DNA of 64,000 nt from Octopus sinensis (GCF_006345805.1 NC_043002.1:94240001-94304000); one strand, 5' to 3'; shown: positions 39,085 through 53,048, counted from the first letter of the stretch. Notes: generated by a model not told the origin, from the letters alone. Program-made: numbers and translations.

Positions 39085-39452
39085 CTCTCTCTTTTACTCT
39101 TTTACTTGTTTCATTAATTTGATTGCGGCCATGCTAGGGCACCGCCTTTAGTCGAGCAAATCGACCCCAGGACTTATTCTTTGTAAGCCTAAAGTTACCG
39201 GGACGTAAACACACCAGCATCGGTTGTCAAGCGATGTTGGGGGAACAAACACAGACACACAAACACATACACATATATATACATATACACGACGGGCTTC
39301 TTTCAGTTTCCGTCTACAAAATCCACTCACAAGGCTTTGGTCGGCCCGAGGTTATAGTAGAAGACACTTTTCCAAGGTACCACGCAGTGGGACTGAACCC
39401 GGAACCATGTGGTTGGTAAGCAAGCTACTTACCACACAGCCACTCCTGCGCC
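39085..39452 (-). mobile_element. SINE group A with internal deletion
   Basis: Colinear with 11681-12088 but lacking the agtact..gccgaaccgct block. Confidence 0.9.
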
Positions 39453-39679
39453 TATTGTTATTTGTTATTTTTTGTCAAAACTTCATTTATGTCGTTCCTG
39501 GTGTTATTATTATGAGTCGATTCTAGAGTACCAATGTTATGAAGAGAAAGGACTGGATATAGCGGTTGGTGTGGGCACTTGGTCGGTTGGATACTGTGAA
39601 TAGAGGAGTGACAAGAACAACTAGCTCGAAAGAACAGAGGCCATTAGGGTAGCGGAAGGAAAGAGAAGGGGTGAGAGTG

Positions 39680-39749
<70 letters not shown>

Positions 39750-39750
<1 letters not shown>

Positions 39751-40105
39751 CAAAATGCCCCCCGTCCAATAGACAGTATTGATTTGTCAAACATTTAAAC
39801 CAAATTTTCTCAAAACAACTTGTCTGACCGTCCCGTAGGCCTCCCCTTTGAGAAACACTGATTTAACCTAAATTTGAGAAGCAAAAGAAGAAATAAAAAT
39901 AGACTTTTTTCTATTCCAAAGAAAAACGATTTCCTACGGCTTTATCGATCACATTCTCAACTGGAATCGATTTTTGTAATTTTTTCACGACTTATACATC
40001 CTGATACCGTCAGTATCTACATATCAAATTTGAGCGCAATCGGATGGAGGATGCCCGAGATCCTAGAGAACACACAGACAGACAGAACGGATTTTATATA
40101 CGATA
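39750..40105 (+). mobile_element. Possible Helitron/Helentron-type non-autonomous element
   Basis: 3' part catatcaaatttgagcgcaatcggatg...acacagacagacag...ttttatata resembles typical non-autonomous Helitron-like ends (pattern recall only). Confidence 0.3.
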
Positions 40106-40204
40106 CATATACATATATATATATATATATAGAGAGAGAGGGGGGCATAAAGAGAGAGTTCGCCTACGGGTTAGTAGTTGAATCGTGTCTGTAATTTAAT
40201 TCTA

Positions 40205-40700
40205 GTCACTCGGGTGGGCCTTTTCTGGATGTGGTCTAGAATATGAGCAAAATACTCCATTGTAGGTCTTTGTTGAGCTTTGTAGAGTGTCAGTTAGTGT
40301 TGGCTAAATGAAATATTTCCTGGTTCTGAAGAAAATTTCAGTGATCTGGATGCAGTCCTTGCTATGCGAAAAATGCTCTTTCGTCAGAAGAGATCCTTTA
40401 AAAATTTTGTAGGGATGGTTGTCGAGGGGATAGTGTGAGAAAATGAAATTTAAAAACATCTTTAAAAACAGAATGGTAATTTCGCAGAAATACTAGAGAA
40501 TGAAGAAAATGCCCACTCCTTTAACAAAAGAATGGTAGTGGGGTTCGGATTGTGAAATATTTAAAAGGGAATTTAGAAACAATTTTTTACGAGAATAGTG
40601 ATCTCAGATGTTGATATAAGTACTTTTAGTGAGATGAAGTTTCGTATTACAATGTGAATAATCAGTAAAGGGTGAGTTACAAGCGTCCAGCTTCAATATC
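40205..40700 (-). mobile_element. Degenerate CR1/Jockey-group LINE RT fragment
   Basis: Minus translation LTLYKAQQRPTMEYFAHILDHIQKR resembles L.LYKA.VRP..EY....LD..Q.R. Confidence 0.55.
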
Positions 40701-40840
40701 CGGCAGGTATAATGATTAGTAATTGAATGGCTGTGGAGTCTCGTGTCGTGTTGCATCAGTTGTATTGGTTAAACTGATAAAGCTGCAGAACTTATTAAAA
40801 GTACGGCCTCCACTTACTGTCATGACGTCATAGACCTGGC

Positions 40841-41310
40841 TGCCTTCCATGTCATGCTGCTTTTAACAAGATCATAAATCATGGCCTAGACACCGCAGGC
40901 TTCCCGTCCCAGCTCGAGCCAGTGAGGCTTGACCGATGGGAGGGTAAAAGGATAGTATTACAATTTCCCCGTCCCATGGCATAAGATCCCTCATCTGAGA
41001 TTCCACATGCTATGACACCTTCTCCAGCAGAAACTTGGTGTTGTCATCCTCCAGCAAATGCTCTGATGTTCGCTAGGCAGAGAAAAGCAAACTGTCAAGG
41101 TATCAGTCGCTCTCCGACAGGTTTATGGTCGAGCCTGTGGCAGTTGAGACCTCCGGTGTTCTTGGCTCCCGGACCATAACCCTGCTCACCTCCATCGGGG
41201 CAGTGATTGCTGCCCGCAAGTGCGGGCCCCATGTGTCAGAGTAGCTGTTCTAGCGCATCTTCCTCGCCATCCTTTGGGGCAACGCATTTTCCATTTTGTC
41301 AGCTGGTGCC
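40841..41310 (+). mobile_element. CRE-clade non-LTR element, restriction-like endonuclease C-terminus (pseudogenised)
   Basis: HAAFNKIINHGLDTAGFPSQLEPVRLDRWEGK / DSTCYDT / AEKSKLSRYQSL / PVAVETSGVLG / WGNAFSI match the CRE RLE pattern (H..LN.II..AL..AG.P..LEP; D.T..DT; AE..K...Y; P.AVET.G..G; GNA.SI). Confidence 0.75.
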
Positions 41311-41733
41311 ATGAGAAATGTTTCTATATTGTGAGAGAAATAAACAGTTTAAGGCTTATAAACAAGCAGATAGTTGGTATGAGAAGGAATTTGTATAATG
41401 ACTAAATTTTAAAGAGTTAATGCCTTGGAAGAAGAAATTCTTAAAGGCAATGAATATAATATATACTTTAATAAGATGTAGCGGATTAAGAAGTGGGAGG
41501 GGCTATATTTACTTGTGGGTTGTGTAGAGTTAAGAATATATATGATCTTATCTTTAAATCCGGTAGATTCGATTTTCGTTACAGAAGTGGGCAGCGTTGT
41601 CGAAAACTTTTTTTATTCGATGACAAGCTAGAGATTCTACTACAGATATAATTAATCAAATATAATATCATATACACTCTTAGTACACACATATATAACT
41701 ATAAATATGTATATAAACACATACATATATTCC

Positions 41734-41769
<36 letters not shown>

Positions 41770-41785
41770 CACACGTACATATATG

Positions 41786-41824
<39 letters not shown>

Positions 41825-42537
41825 GTGTGTGTATGTATACACGCACACACACTCGCACGCACACACACACACACACATATATAGACACAAGTACATATAC
41901 CCGTTCTGCAACTTCTCTCTTTCTCTCTCTCACTCCCTCTCTTTCTTTATATATGCACATCTATACATTTATAAATACATATATATATATATACATCTTA
42001 TATATATGTATATATATATTTACATATATATATAAACATCTTATATATATGTATATATATTTATATATATATATATACATCTTATATATATATACATGTT
42101 GATATACATTAGTATTCATATACATACACATATTTAAATGTGTGTATATTGTATATATGTACACGCGTGCGCGCACACAAACACACACACACGCACACAC
42201 ACGCCCACTTTTATGCAGAGAACTATAAACTTTTATACATACACAATACAGTATATATGAATAAAAACATTTGAAGAGAAATAAAAACAGTTAAGGAAAT
42301 AAAGGAGAATGCAATATCATCGTACGGTATTTACTCTCTACAAATGACGCTAGCTTCTCTGTGGTATGTAGTTGAGTAATGGGAATTACTAGGAGGAAGA
42401 TGGTCGCCAGCTTCTGTGCCACCATCAATACCCTTCTCCTTGCCCTCCTCCTCACCCTTGTTCTTCTCTTCAGTAGCAGCAGCCACCGCTATTACAATGC
42501 CTGTGCAGAAATTGAGTTACCCCAAATTATTTGACGT

Positions 42538-43330
42538 TTACGGCGCATCATGTGTGTAGAGTTCAGTGTTATAACCGAACTCCAGAACTCTTGTAATTTT
42601 TGTGTTACATTCAGATTTCAGCTCGGCATCAGCAAAAACTAACGGCTCTTCCTTTATAAATGCCAATCCTTTAACCATATCCTTTAGAGTCTGTTGAATT
42701 TTTTTTTTCTTTTACATGTTTCAGTCATTTGACTGCGGCCATGCTGGAGCACCGCCTTTAGTCGAGCAAATCGAACGCAGGACTTATTCTTTGTAAGTCT
42801 AGTACTTATTCTATCGGTCTCTTTAGCCGAACCGCTAAGTTACGGGGACGTAAACACACCAGCATCGGTTGTCAAGTGATGTTGGGGGTACAAACACAGG
42901 CACACAAACATAGACACACACATACATATATATACATATATACGACGGGCTTCTTTCCGTTTCCGTCTACAAAATCCACTCACAAGGCTTTGGTCGGCCC
43001 GAGGCTATAGTAGAAGACACTTGCCCAAGGTGCCACACGCAGTGGGACTGAACCCAGAACCATGTGGTTGGTAAGCAAGCTACTTACCACACAGCCACTT
43101 CTGCGCCTATAATTTGCGTGGTTTGAGTTTCTATATCTTCTTTGTCAGCAGTTCGCTCTTATTCTAACGTCATCAGTTTCTCATTAGATAAATTTTCTTT
43201 GTAAAACCTTAACGAGATCATCTATAATTTCTTCAAACTCGCACATTATTTGCCCATTTTGTGGAAACTTGTAAATATTTATGGAACCTTTCTATTAATG
43301 TAGAGTCTGCAGAGTCAGGATTCTCACAAG
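42538..43330 (-). mobile_element. Degenerate pogo/Tigger-like transposase C-terminus interrupted by a SINE
   Basis: Minus translation LSNEKLMTLE*ERTADKEDIETQ [SINE] TLKDMVKGLAFIKEEPLVFADAELKSECNTKITRVLEFGYNTELY. Confidence 0.45.
42708..43107 (-). mobile_element. Full-length SINE group A
   Basis: Colinear with 11681-12088. Confidence 0.9.
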
Positions 43331-43586
43331 GCATATTTTTTGCCAAGTAACATTCATAACTGAGGACTTGATTGCATCCATCGACTCGATTATATCATCA
43401 CATAACGTTGAACTCTTTCCAGCTGGGAAAAGTATTGTGTGATTAACGTTAGTACTATGACCTAACTCAGTAGAATTGTTGGATCCACAAAGAGTTGGTG
43501 GGGAAGGAGTGCATAGATGCTAGAAAGTATGTTGAGATAATTTAAAAACAAATTAGTTGATTTGGTGAATGCACAAACAAGAGTGT

Positions 43587-43633
<47 letters not shown>

Positions 43634-46600
43634 ATTTTAAAGATTTAACAAAAGCATAACAAAAGGAAAATTCGTAGCTAATACCTTATATGAGTGTGTC
43701 TATATGCATGTGCGTTTTGTGTGTGTGTTTGTGTGTGTATGTATGCATGTATATATGTAGATGTGTATGTATTTGCGTCGTCTGTCTCAAAGAAACCGAA
43801 CTTTTTAATTAAAATTTATTGCTTTATTTCCAAATTGTTACCTCCAGTATCTACACAACACCAACGTATTTTTGTGGCTTTGGCACAGCCTTTAGATTTG
43901 CTTTTTGTCTTTACCTTAAGTCTCTTCCTTTGCATTGCTTCTTTGGAAAGCCTCAGCACTTCAATATAACTCATTATTGATAATCTGATTACGTAGAACA
44001 AGTAACATGATGCATAACGCCTTTATGGTCAAAAGAGAGGATCCGCATCACCTTCACATTCGAGTGATTCTTACACAAAAGGTAGGTGAGCGTGTTAAAT
44101 CAGAGCAGGAGCATAACGGTTATGGCGGTTACAATAGAGGAATACATCAGATTCATATCGTTGATACAGCTGAAGCATGTAACTGATGGATAGAGAAGAA
44201 TTAAATAAGAAGAAGGATACAACAAAGGGATATATTGGAAGAATACAGTATAGTGATACAGTAGAGGAGTATACAATAAATAGCTTAAAAGTATAACATA
44301 GGAACATAGCTGGGATATATCATTAATGAAATTGTCTTCTGGAATATTATAGGCATATCTTGTAATCACTTCAGGAGCGATGAAAGACAAGTTCATTTCC
44401 CTTGGATTTCGAACTCAGAATAGAAGGACAAAGCTAAGATACTAATACATATCAGATTTATGCTCTACAGCTTCATCCAATTCGCCTTTAGTTTATAATT
44501 CAAAATTTCGCGACAGCCTAAGTATCTGCAAATAAATAAGATGGCAACTTTATTTTCTTAAAGCGTGTGTAATAGACACTTTACACTCTGCAACTGTTTA
44601 AATCAGTGACATTCAGCGATCACTCCTCCGTCTCTACTTTCACTTTATCATGTTCTACACAAGTCTCCATTTATTAAAAAAGTTTTTCAAGCTACATTGG
44701 AATCTGTTGAGATGCTATCCTTCTCTATTTCATTATTTCATTATTTCATCCCACTCCACCTAGCTTAGTTTTTATTTTCCTCTTTCATGTTTTCCTTCCC
44801 ACCGAAATTTTATTTTTATCGTTTCCGAAATCGTGGTGATTTTTCTTCTAAGTCATATATATTGATCCTTTTTTTTTTTCATTCACCAATATTCCAACCG
44901 GTTGATAAATAGAAGCAATTCCAACTAGCTTAGATATACGAACGTTGCTTTTATCAAATTGATTCTTTTCATGGTACCTAGTTTAGATCAATATATTCTT
45001 ATCAATGATTGATGACATTAGGTATGTTTCACAGATCTGCAGACAGCGGAGAAAATGCAGCTGTTTAGAAATTTCGTGGTAGGATTTTGAAAATAAAAAC
45101 ACAACTAATAAAGATGAAAAATAAAATGAAAAGAATGGAAATAACAAGTATAAGAAACCAAACTCATAGAAAGATGGAATGAAAGATAGCTATGTGGAAT
45201 AGAAACATAAATAAACGAGTAAATGAAAAGAAGAAAGTAAATTCGAAATTGTGAAACAAAATTTAGCTTATTTTCGTGTTTTCTTTTTCTTTAGACAAGA
45301 ATTCTGTAACTGTTATAGGATTTGTAGCGAAATGTATATAAAAAACATTTCATCTATTTTGTGACAAATTGGCAATTAGATGAAAATGGAACTAGATACA
45401 GACTTTGTTCTTCATATACTTTTATTTATTTAGTTTAGTACAAAAGGACGTTAATGTCGAACAGAAATTATGAGAATTCACAAAGACCACAAAAAGTCAA
45501 ATAAAATAAAATAAAGAGATTGATAACTGATAAAAATAAAACTTAACCAGTTAGGTAGTATGATATTCTTATGACTTTTGCAAGAAATTACGGAAATATA
45601 GATCGTTGTGGAAGTTACTTGTGTTTACATTACTTCTGATGAACACGGAATGTACTAAGTTTATTCAGATGGAAAACTGAAAAACGAGGAAGAAGAAACG
45701 TACAAATGATTGGATTAGATTTCTGCAGATTATTATTTTTTTTCCAAAGGAAAATGACGCAGGTTTTGTTCATTAACTGGTCAGCCAATTTTACAAATTT
45801 ATAGTGCATTTGTCTCGTGAATAAGCCTTTTGTACGAAATAAAACTGAATAAAATTGCAATTTCTTGGTATTATGGTAATATTTTCTGTTTATTAAACCA
45901 TAATACTTTGCAGAATGTTTTGCTAATGCATATTTTTGCGTTATACATAAATATATTATTTCATTTTCGGTTATTTCGTGATATTTTCGATCGATAAGAG
46001 ATGTTAAACAGTTTGTTATGCTGTTACAAAAACAGTTGAGTCTTCCAATACACTGTGAAACTTATTTGCTACAATTTGCTTAACTACAAATTAACTACCA
46101 AAATTACACAGAGCTGGCTGGCTACAAGTATACTCATAACATCTCAATACAATTTGATCATGGTTGTCCCAACAATTCTAAAACATTTTCAGGTACAAAA
46201 CTCAATATCTATATTCAGATAGTGGTTATATTCGGTTACAAGTTAACAAAAGGAGGTTGTAGAGCAAACAGTTTGCATCAACGTTAGTAACAGATTCCAT
46301 CAAAAACATTTTCTGCTAAAATTTAGCGCCAAAATAATAACAAAACCAAGATTAGAAAAGTGTAGACAATGTCGATCAAGTTTTAGTAAATTAAGACCCA
46401 CTATCTGCTCCAACATTTGTCAATACATGTTGTACACAAACCACATCAATAGACTGACTGGATAATGAAACATAAATACTAAAATTTAGAAAACTCTTAG
46501 ACATGCGTGGGACACAATTCGTGCTTACATTAAACTTCTACTCTCACAGTCCTTATCACTGCATGAAATATATCACTCTAAATAAAACACTAATACAAAA

Positions 46601-47524
46601 AAAAAAAAAAAATTTTTCCCGAACCATATGCTCAGTGCGTCGGTCTGTTGGAGGAATACTCATTTTTGTCAATTGGGCTGGCTGGAACAACGTAAAATGA
46701 AATGTTTTGCACAAGACCATAACGCGTCATCTGGTCCAGGAATCGAAACATCAATCTTATGATAATGAGTGCAACACCTTAATCCCTAAGCCACGTGCCT
46801 CTGTAAATGTTAGCATTATCCCAGAACAGTTCTAGAAGAGCATCCTAAAAACATCTCTCACACTTAGCCTAGACAAACATAAAAAAAATCACATGCACAT
46901 AGATATAGCTGAAATATCAATAACCTGAATAGTGCTTCACGCTATTTTTTGGGATGGAAATAATCACCACAAAGGAACAGCTACTACGGTGCTCTCTGAC
47001 CGAGTTCCTCTACGAGCGTACATCCCTACCGTAATCTGCAGAAACATACTGGAGAGTGGAGAGAGTGTAACACATCCAAATTGTCATACTGTACCACATA
47101 CGGTTCATCTGTGTTTGTTGAGGTGTGCATATTTTTCTCAGCTACGAGATGGCGCGATATAGCTTGAAAAATAAATCTGTGGATCACGCTTGTCAATTTG
47201 CGTTCTACTGGCAACACTTACACAAAACACACAGGATGGTTCCAATCCAATCCCGTCCCTCTATCCTTTGTTCACATTAGCTTTAACATTAATAAGATTA
47301 GCAACGATATAGCTTCGATGTTATCGCTAGACGTGCTAGAAATAGCTGTCAAAGGTTTCTCATAATATACCCTTTGAAAGTGAAAAACAATGGATAGTGT
47401 GTTTCTGTATGCACTCTGCTTGGGAAAGGAAGGGATGGTCACTAATAGAACGCTTTAGTTATAAGTTTGCACGGTTGGGGTCAGAGATGACTTTTGGATA
47501 ACCAAGAAATAGTAGTAGTGGAAG

Positions 47525-47650
47525 AGAGAAAGAAGAAGAAGAAGAAGAAGAAGAAGAACAACAAGAAGAACAACAACAACAACAACAATAACAACAACAA
47601 CAACAACAACAACAACAGCAACAACAATAGCAACTACAGCAATAATAAAA
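47525..47650. repeat. (AAG)n/(AAC)n tract
   Basis: Direct inspection. Confidence 0.95.
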
Positions 47651-47961
47651 CAGTACCAACAACAATTAGACATTCGATTCCATACAACGTTACACATTTA
47701 TACACAAAATACCCCATATTCTACTCTTTCTTGGCGAGTAAAGAGGTTTTCAAAATACACAGAACTTCATAAAGAGACAACATAATAGTCACCTTTTCTC
47801 ACAACTTTCCAGACAGCTACAATTTCTCTCTAACCTTGCTCTAACCACATAATAATCAGGCTTTAAAACAACTGCTAAATCCAATCCACCAGTTTCCTTT
47901 TTACTAGAATCTTCTGAGAACATCAGTAACAACTAGCCATCACGCTCAGCAACGTAAACGT

Positions 47962-48003
<42 letters not shown>

Positions 48004-48174
48004 GAGAGAAAGGGGGAGAGAGAGAGAGGCAGGAAAAAGGAGAACGATGGCAAAACATCCGGAATTATAGTACCTTCTCAACATTTACAGGATTTGTAGA
48101 AAACAGTAAAGAAAGCAAAACATCTCACAATCATGCTTAGAGTAGTCACTGGTATCACATTTAGTCAGCACACA

Positions 48175-48214
<40 letters not shown>

Positions 48215-48807
48215 GAAAAAAACTGATTAAAAGGAGACAATATCAAATTGCTACTACAACAAAAGCAACAACGATACCCCTTTCGATTACTTGTCAGCAA
48301 ATGAATCTCTGGCTCGATATGCTATAAATAACAGGCAAACGTCTCTTAAATCAAACCTTACCGTCTTATAAAGGGAATAACACATTGGTTAGATAAGATT
48401 TAGGTAGACTATGAGTGACAAGAAAAGCATAAACAAATAAACAAAAAACAAAACAAATCAAAGCAAAACGAAAACAAAAAGATGAGGAGACAAAAAATAA
48501 CTAAACAAAGCTACGTAAGATATACAAAGTATCCATTATTTGATAAAGGAAAAGTCTCTTGAGATCAACGAAGCCGATGGCAGGATAAGCTTAGCAATGT
48601 TTCTCCGTATATGCAATGCTTGGTGGAAGCAATAAACTTCACGAAAGGAAAAAAACAAACAAACAAACAAACTGCTATCATTGAAATAGTAAATATTAGA
48701 ATTAATTGTAGTGCTGAGACATAAAATAGTATCAATTTTGATACATGGAAATTCTGGAAATATTTTCCTAAGCACCACACTTCGTACAACTATATTGTAC
48801 TGCACAG

Positions 48808-49030
48808 GCGAGCTGGCAGAAACGTTAGCGCGCCGGGTGAAGATGCGTAGCCGTATTTCGTCTGCCGTTCTGAGTTCAAATTCCGCCGAGGTCGACTTTG
48901 CCTTTCATCCTTTCGGGGTCGATTAAATAAGTACCATTTACGCACTGGGGCCGATATAATCGACTTAATCCGTTTGTCTGTCCTTGTTTGTCCCCTCTAT
49001 GTTTAGCCCCTTGTGGGTAGTAAAGAAATA
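48808..49030 (+). mobile_element. SINE group B, young copy with tail
   Basis: 17 bp TSD tatattgtactgcacag (48791-48807 / 49031-49047); B-box gagttcaaattcc. Confidence 0.9.
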
Positions 49031-49427
49031 TATATTGTACTGCACAGTACTACACTAAACTTCTACATTACCACAACTCTGTATTTCACTACATTATATA
49101 CAACAGCACAAACTGTCTAGAAATTGTCACGCTTCAAAGTTTTATCTATCTCCATTCCATGGAAGTCTTTTCTAACACCAAGAACAAAAAAAAAAAAACA
49201 AACAAACAAAAAAACTAGAAAAAAACCCAGCAAAGCAAACAAAACAACTCAACTGTTAAAATCGATTAAGCCAGTGTAACAGCGTATTTTCAACACATAG
49301 GCAGGATATTGCTCAACTTGATGTAAACTCTTCCCTATTTCTTTTTCTATCTCCTTTACTTTCCGATTTCTTCATCACCTATTCGGATGTTTCCAATACA
49401 TTGACTATTTGTTTCGTGGTTTGTTTC

Positions 49428-49492
<65 letters not shown>

Positions 49493-49493
<1 letters not shown>

Positions 49494-50214
49494 CATACGT
49501 GCCATTCTTGCTACATTCACCCATCTTTTTTTAAAACATTCGCTAGACAAAACTTGCCTCTCTACTCTCACTTTCCTTTTCAAGTGGTACTTGAAGAAGT
49601 TGATGAGAGATTGACCAGAGAGGAAAGTGTTTGTCTGAAAGGATTGGAGACAAACACTTTCCTCTCTGGTCAATCTCTCATCAACTTCTTCAAGTACCAC
49701 TTGAAAAGGAAAGTGAGAGTAGAGAGGCAAGTTTTGTCTAGCGAATGTTTTAAAAAAGATGGGTGAATGTAGCAAGAATGGCACGTATGAATGACGAAGC
49801 ACACCTTGAGCATAGTCCATGAACCCAGAAATCGAAAACAGAGAGTTGCTTATTTGCAAAAAAAAAAAAAAAAAAAAGAAATATAAAATGTGACTTCATT
49901 GACCGAGGTTACCGTGGTCTTTTCCGTAGGCTTTTCTTTCCACGGGTAAACCTCACCTGTCCTCCCCTTACACTTCATATTGACATTTCAGTGATAACGA
50001 TCCCTATTGATCAATTTTTTTTTCCTCTCCCCCTTTTTTTTTTTTTTTTTTTAACCCCCTTCTTTTTGTCCTCTTTCTCTCCTTTTACGATCCCTTTTGA
50101 TCGAAACTCCCCCTTCTTTTTTTTTTTTTTTTTTTTTTAAACCTTCAAAAGAAAAGCTCTACCTTGTAATTTGTTCTCTCGTGTGCAGCCCTGTGTGGCT
50201 AATAAAGAAACATA
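49493..50214 (+). mobile_element. 5'-truncated L1/Tx1-like LINE 3' end with fold-back duplicated 5' end, inside (TCTA)n
   Basis: ETNTFLSGQSLINFFKYHLKRKVRVERQVLSSECFKKRWV resembles the Tx1/L1 ORF2 C-terminus; palindrome arms 49493-49636 / 49648-49790; tail gccctgtgtggctaataaagaaacata. Confidence 0.7.
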
Positions 50215-50238
50215 TCTATCTATCTATCTGTCTGTCTA

Positions 50239-50323
<85 letters not shown>

Positions 50324-50386
50324 TTATCTCTCTATCTATCTATCTGTCTGTCTATCTACCTACCTACCTACCTACCTACCTACCTG

Positions 50387-50448
<62 letters not shown>

Positions 50449-50515
50449 ATGTATGTATGTATGTATGTATGTATGTATGTATCTATCTATCTATCTATCT
50501 ATATATCTATCTATC

Positions 50516-50576
<61 letters not shown>

Positions 50577-50580
50577 AGTC
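50215..50580. repeat. (TCTA)n/(TCTG)n/(CCTA)n/(TATG)n compound microsatellite
   Basis: Direct inspection. Confidence 0.95.
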
Positions 50581-50822
50581 TATCATCTTTATGTTTTTTC
50601 TTCTTTCTGTATTTCTTCTCTTAATTTTGTCTTCGTTCTTTACCTTCTTCCATTCGTCTTCCGGTTTGTTTTCTACCTAGATACAAATTTGTATGGAGAT
50701 CTAATCGACTCTGAACGTTAACACGGCATTCCCGTTTAGTGCAACACAAAGACTAACATAGCGATCACCTGCAACGCACATAACATGGGCGCATGCGATG
50801 GTAACAATCAACAAAAACACAT

Positions 50823-50860
<38 letters not shown>

Positions 50861-51391
50861 CCTCTCTCTTTCTCACCCCTCTCTATCTCCAACATACATC
50901 ATAAAATTCTTGCATTTTTGCTTCAATGTTGGTTCTCCCTCACCCTTCACTGTCTGCTGTTAAAGATCGATTCCTAACTGATTCTAAATATGGATTTTCC
51001 TATTTCTTTTCTGTAATATTTATTCCTTTTAAGTAGCCAAGCATGATATTAATTGGTATGTTGCTACGCCTGAAAAATATTAATGGATTAACAAACTTTT
51101 CTTCTGTTAAAAACATTCTCCCATCTCAAAATTTCTTATGTCAGTTTCAAATCTTTTGAAGAAAAATATTACAAAATTCTGAAGTTTAGAAAAAAAAAAA
51201 AAACCCAAACAAAACCGTTTGAAAAGAAGCTAGGGATGTTGTAACTTTCATGCTTTAGCCAAGATTATAAAGGCTGAAGCGAAGTTAATGACTTGATATA
51301 GGAATCGAAACCATACTGCACCTATACCGTCCGTCTATGTGTGTGTGTGTGTGTGTATGTGTATTATATACATGTATATATATATATATAT

Positions 51392-51474
<83 letters not shown>

Positions 51475-51716
51475 ATGTATGTGTGTAAAGATAGATAGAT
51501 ATACACAGAGAAAGATAGATAGATATGTCAGTTCTTGTTCTGCTGCCTGGTTTACTTGGGTAGGGTGAGGGTGGTATCGTCGCATTCATGCTTTCCCAAG
51601 GAGTATTAACAGCATAAGTTAAGTGAAGTAATAGATTTTTTTCTGCCATAAATACGACAGCTCAATAGTTTGAGCGGAAAGGAATAAGATACGATAATCA
51701 TGTAATTTTTCTTCTT

Positions 51717-51747
<31 letters not shown>

Positions 51748-52496
51748 TAAAGATGATAAAAAGAGAAGAAAATGAAGCAGAATGGACACAAACGATTACA
51801 GAAACCAAGTTAGCAGCTGTTTAATACCTGCTCTACTGTGCATCTGAGATCAGTTACCAAAGTTTTCTAATTAGCTAGTATCAAAAACACGGAAAATTGC
51901 AAGTTAAAGACGTATGTTCAGATCAAGTGATGATAAAAAATAAGTTAAAGCCAGGATGACAATAGAAAATAAATGGGAACATTTATTGATACGTTTGATT
52001 TGACTACAGTTTAGAACAGCAGAAGTAAAGCGGCTTCTGTAGTAAATTTAACAACTGATTTATTCAATGAAGCAACTTGACGAAGCTAAGAGACATGATA
52101 CGCAAAATATAATCAACTACTCTTATAAACTTTCTACTCTTCCTACCAAAGATGCGATATGTATATATACATACTTACATACATACAAATACACAAGTAA
52201 GTAAGCACACACACACACACACATACACAAAAACACACATGCCTTAGAAATGAGCTTAGCTGCGTTGAACTGAATATAGTTATGTACAATCGTGTTTAAC
52301 ATGTTCGTGTGTATAGCAGACTGCAAAAATTGTCTTGAGAGAACTGCCCCCTTATAGACAATATATCTGCAAATACACTATTTTACGTGTGCGCTTGCAT
52401 ATATATATATATGTGTGTGTGTGTGTAAATATATATATATATATATATACACACAGGTATATATATGTATATATATATATATATATTATATATAAA

Positions 52497-52695
52497 GTTA
52501 ATCCAAACAAGAAAGCACAAAAAAAAACACAACAACGCGAGGGCGTGGAACAAATATAGTATTATTGGACGCTCAGGAAAGACGGAAAGAAGGACGGTTT
52601 AACGTCTCGAGCGGAGCTCTTCGTCGGAAACATAGGAGAAGGAAAGATCCAGAGAAGGGAAGACAGAGGGAAAAAATCGCCAACGGTACACACGA
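52497..52695 (-). mobile_element. Family H1 element with hammerhead-like motif at 52597-52631
   Basis: Reverse complement gttt-CCGACGA-a-gagc-tcc-gctc-GAGAC-GTT-aaac; (TA)n on both sides. Confidence 0.75.
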
Positions 52696-52696
52696 C

Positions 52697-52756
<60 letters not shown>

Positions 52757-52757
<1 letters not shown>

Positions 52758-52905
52758 TAAATTAGAGACAAAACCACTATTAGGCAAATCAAACAATGAA
52801 AACTTAAGCCAATACATATGATTAATTTATATTATTTTACTATAAAATTGGATCCAATCCTAAATCTGATTTTTCCCTGTAAGTTTGGATTTATTCCCTA
52901 ATATT
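52757..52905. repeat. Family T copy with its first half inverted
   Basis: 52760-52820 is the reverse complement of 34440-34500, while 52838-52902 is direct to 34530-34597. Confidence 0.75.
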
Positions 52906-52961
52906 TATTATATATATATATACACTTATATATATATTCGTATATATATATTCGTAAAAGA

Positions 52962-53048
<87 letters not shown>

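Noticed and set aside
43816-44001. Basic 61-aa minus-strand ORF (SYIEVLRLSKEAMQRKRLK...)
   Set aside because: No recognisable domain; weak acceptor; cannot be supported as an exon
49500-49636. GIY-YIG-like reading NLPLYSHF...LEEVDERLTREE in the palindrome arm
   Set aside because: The opposite strand gives a better, positionally consistent L1/Tx1 ORF2 C-terminus leading into the 3' UTR and tail
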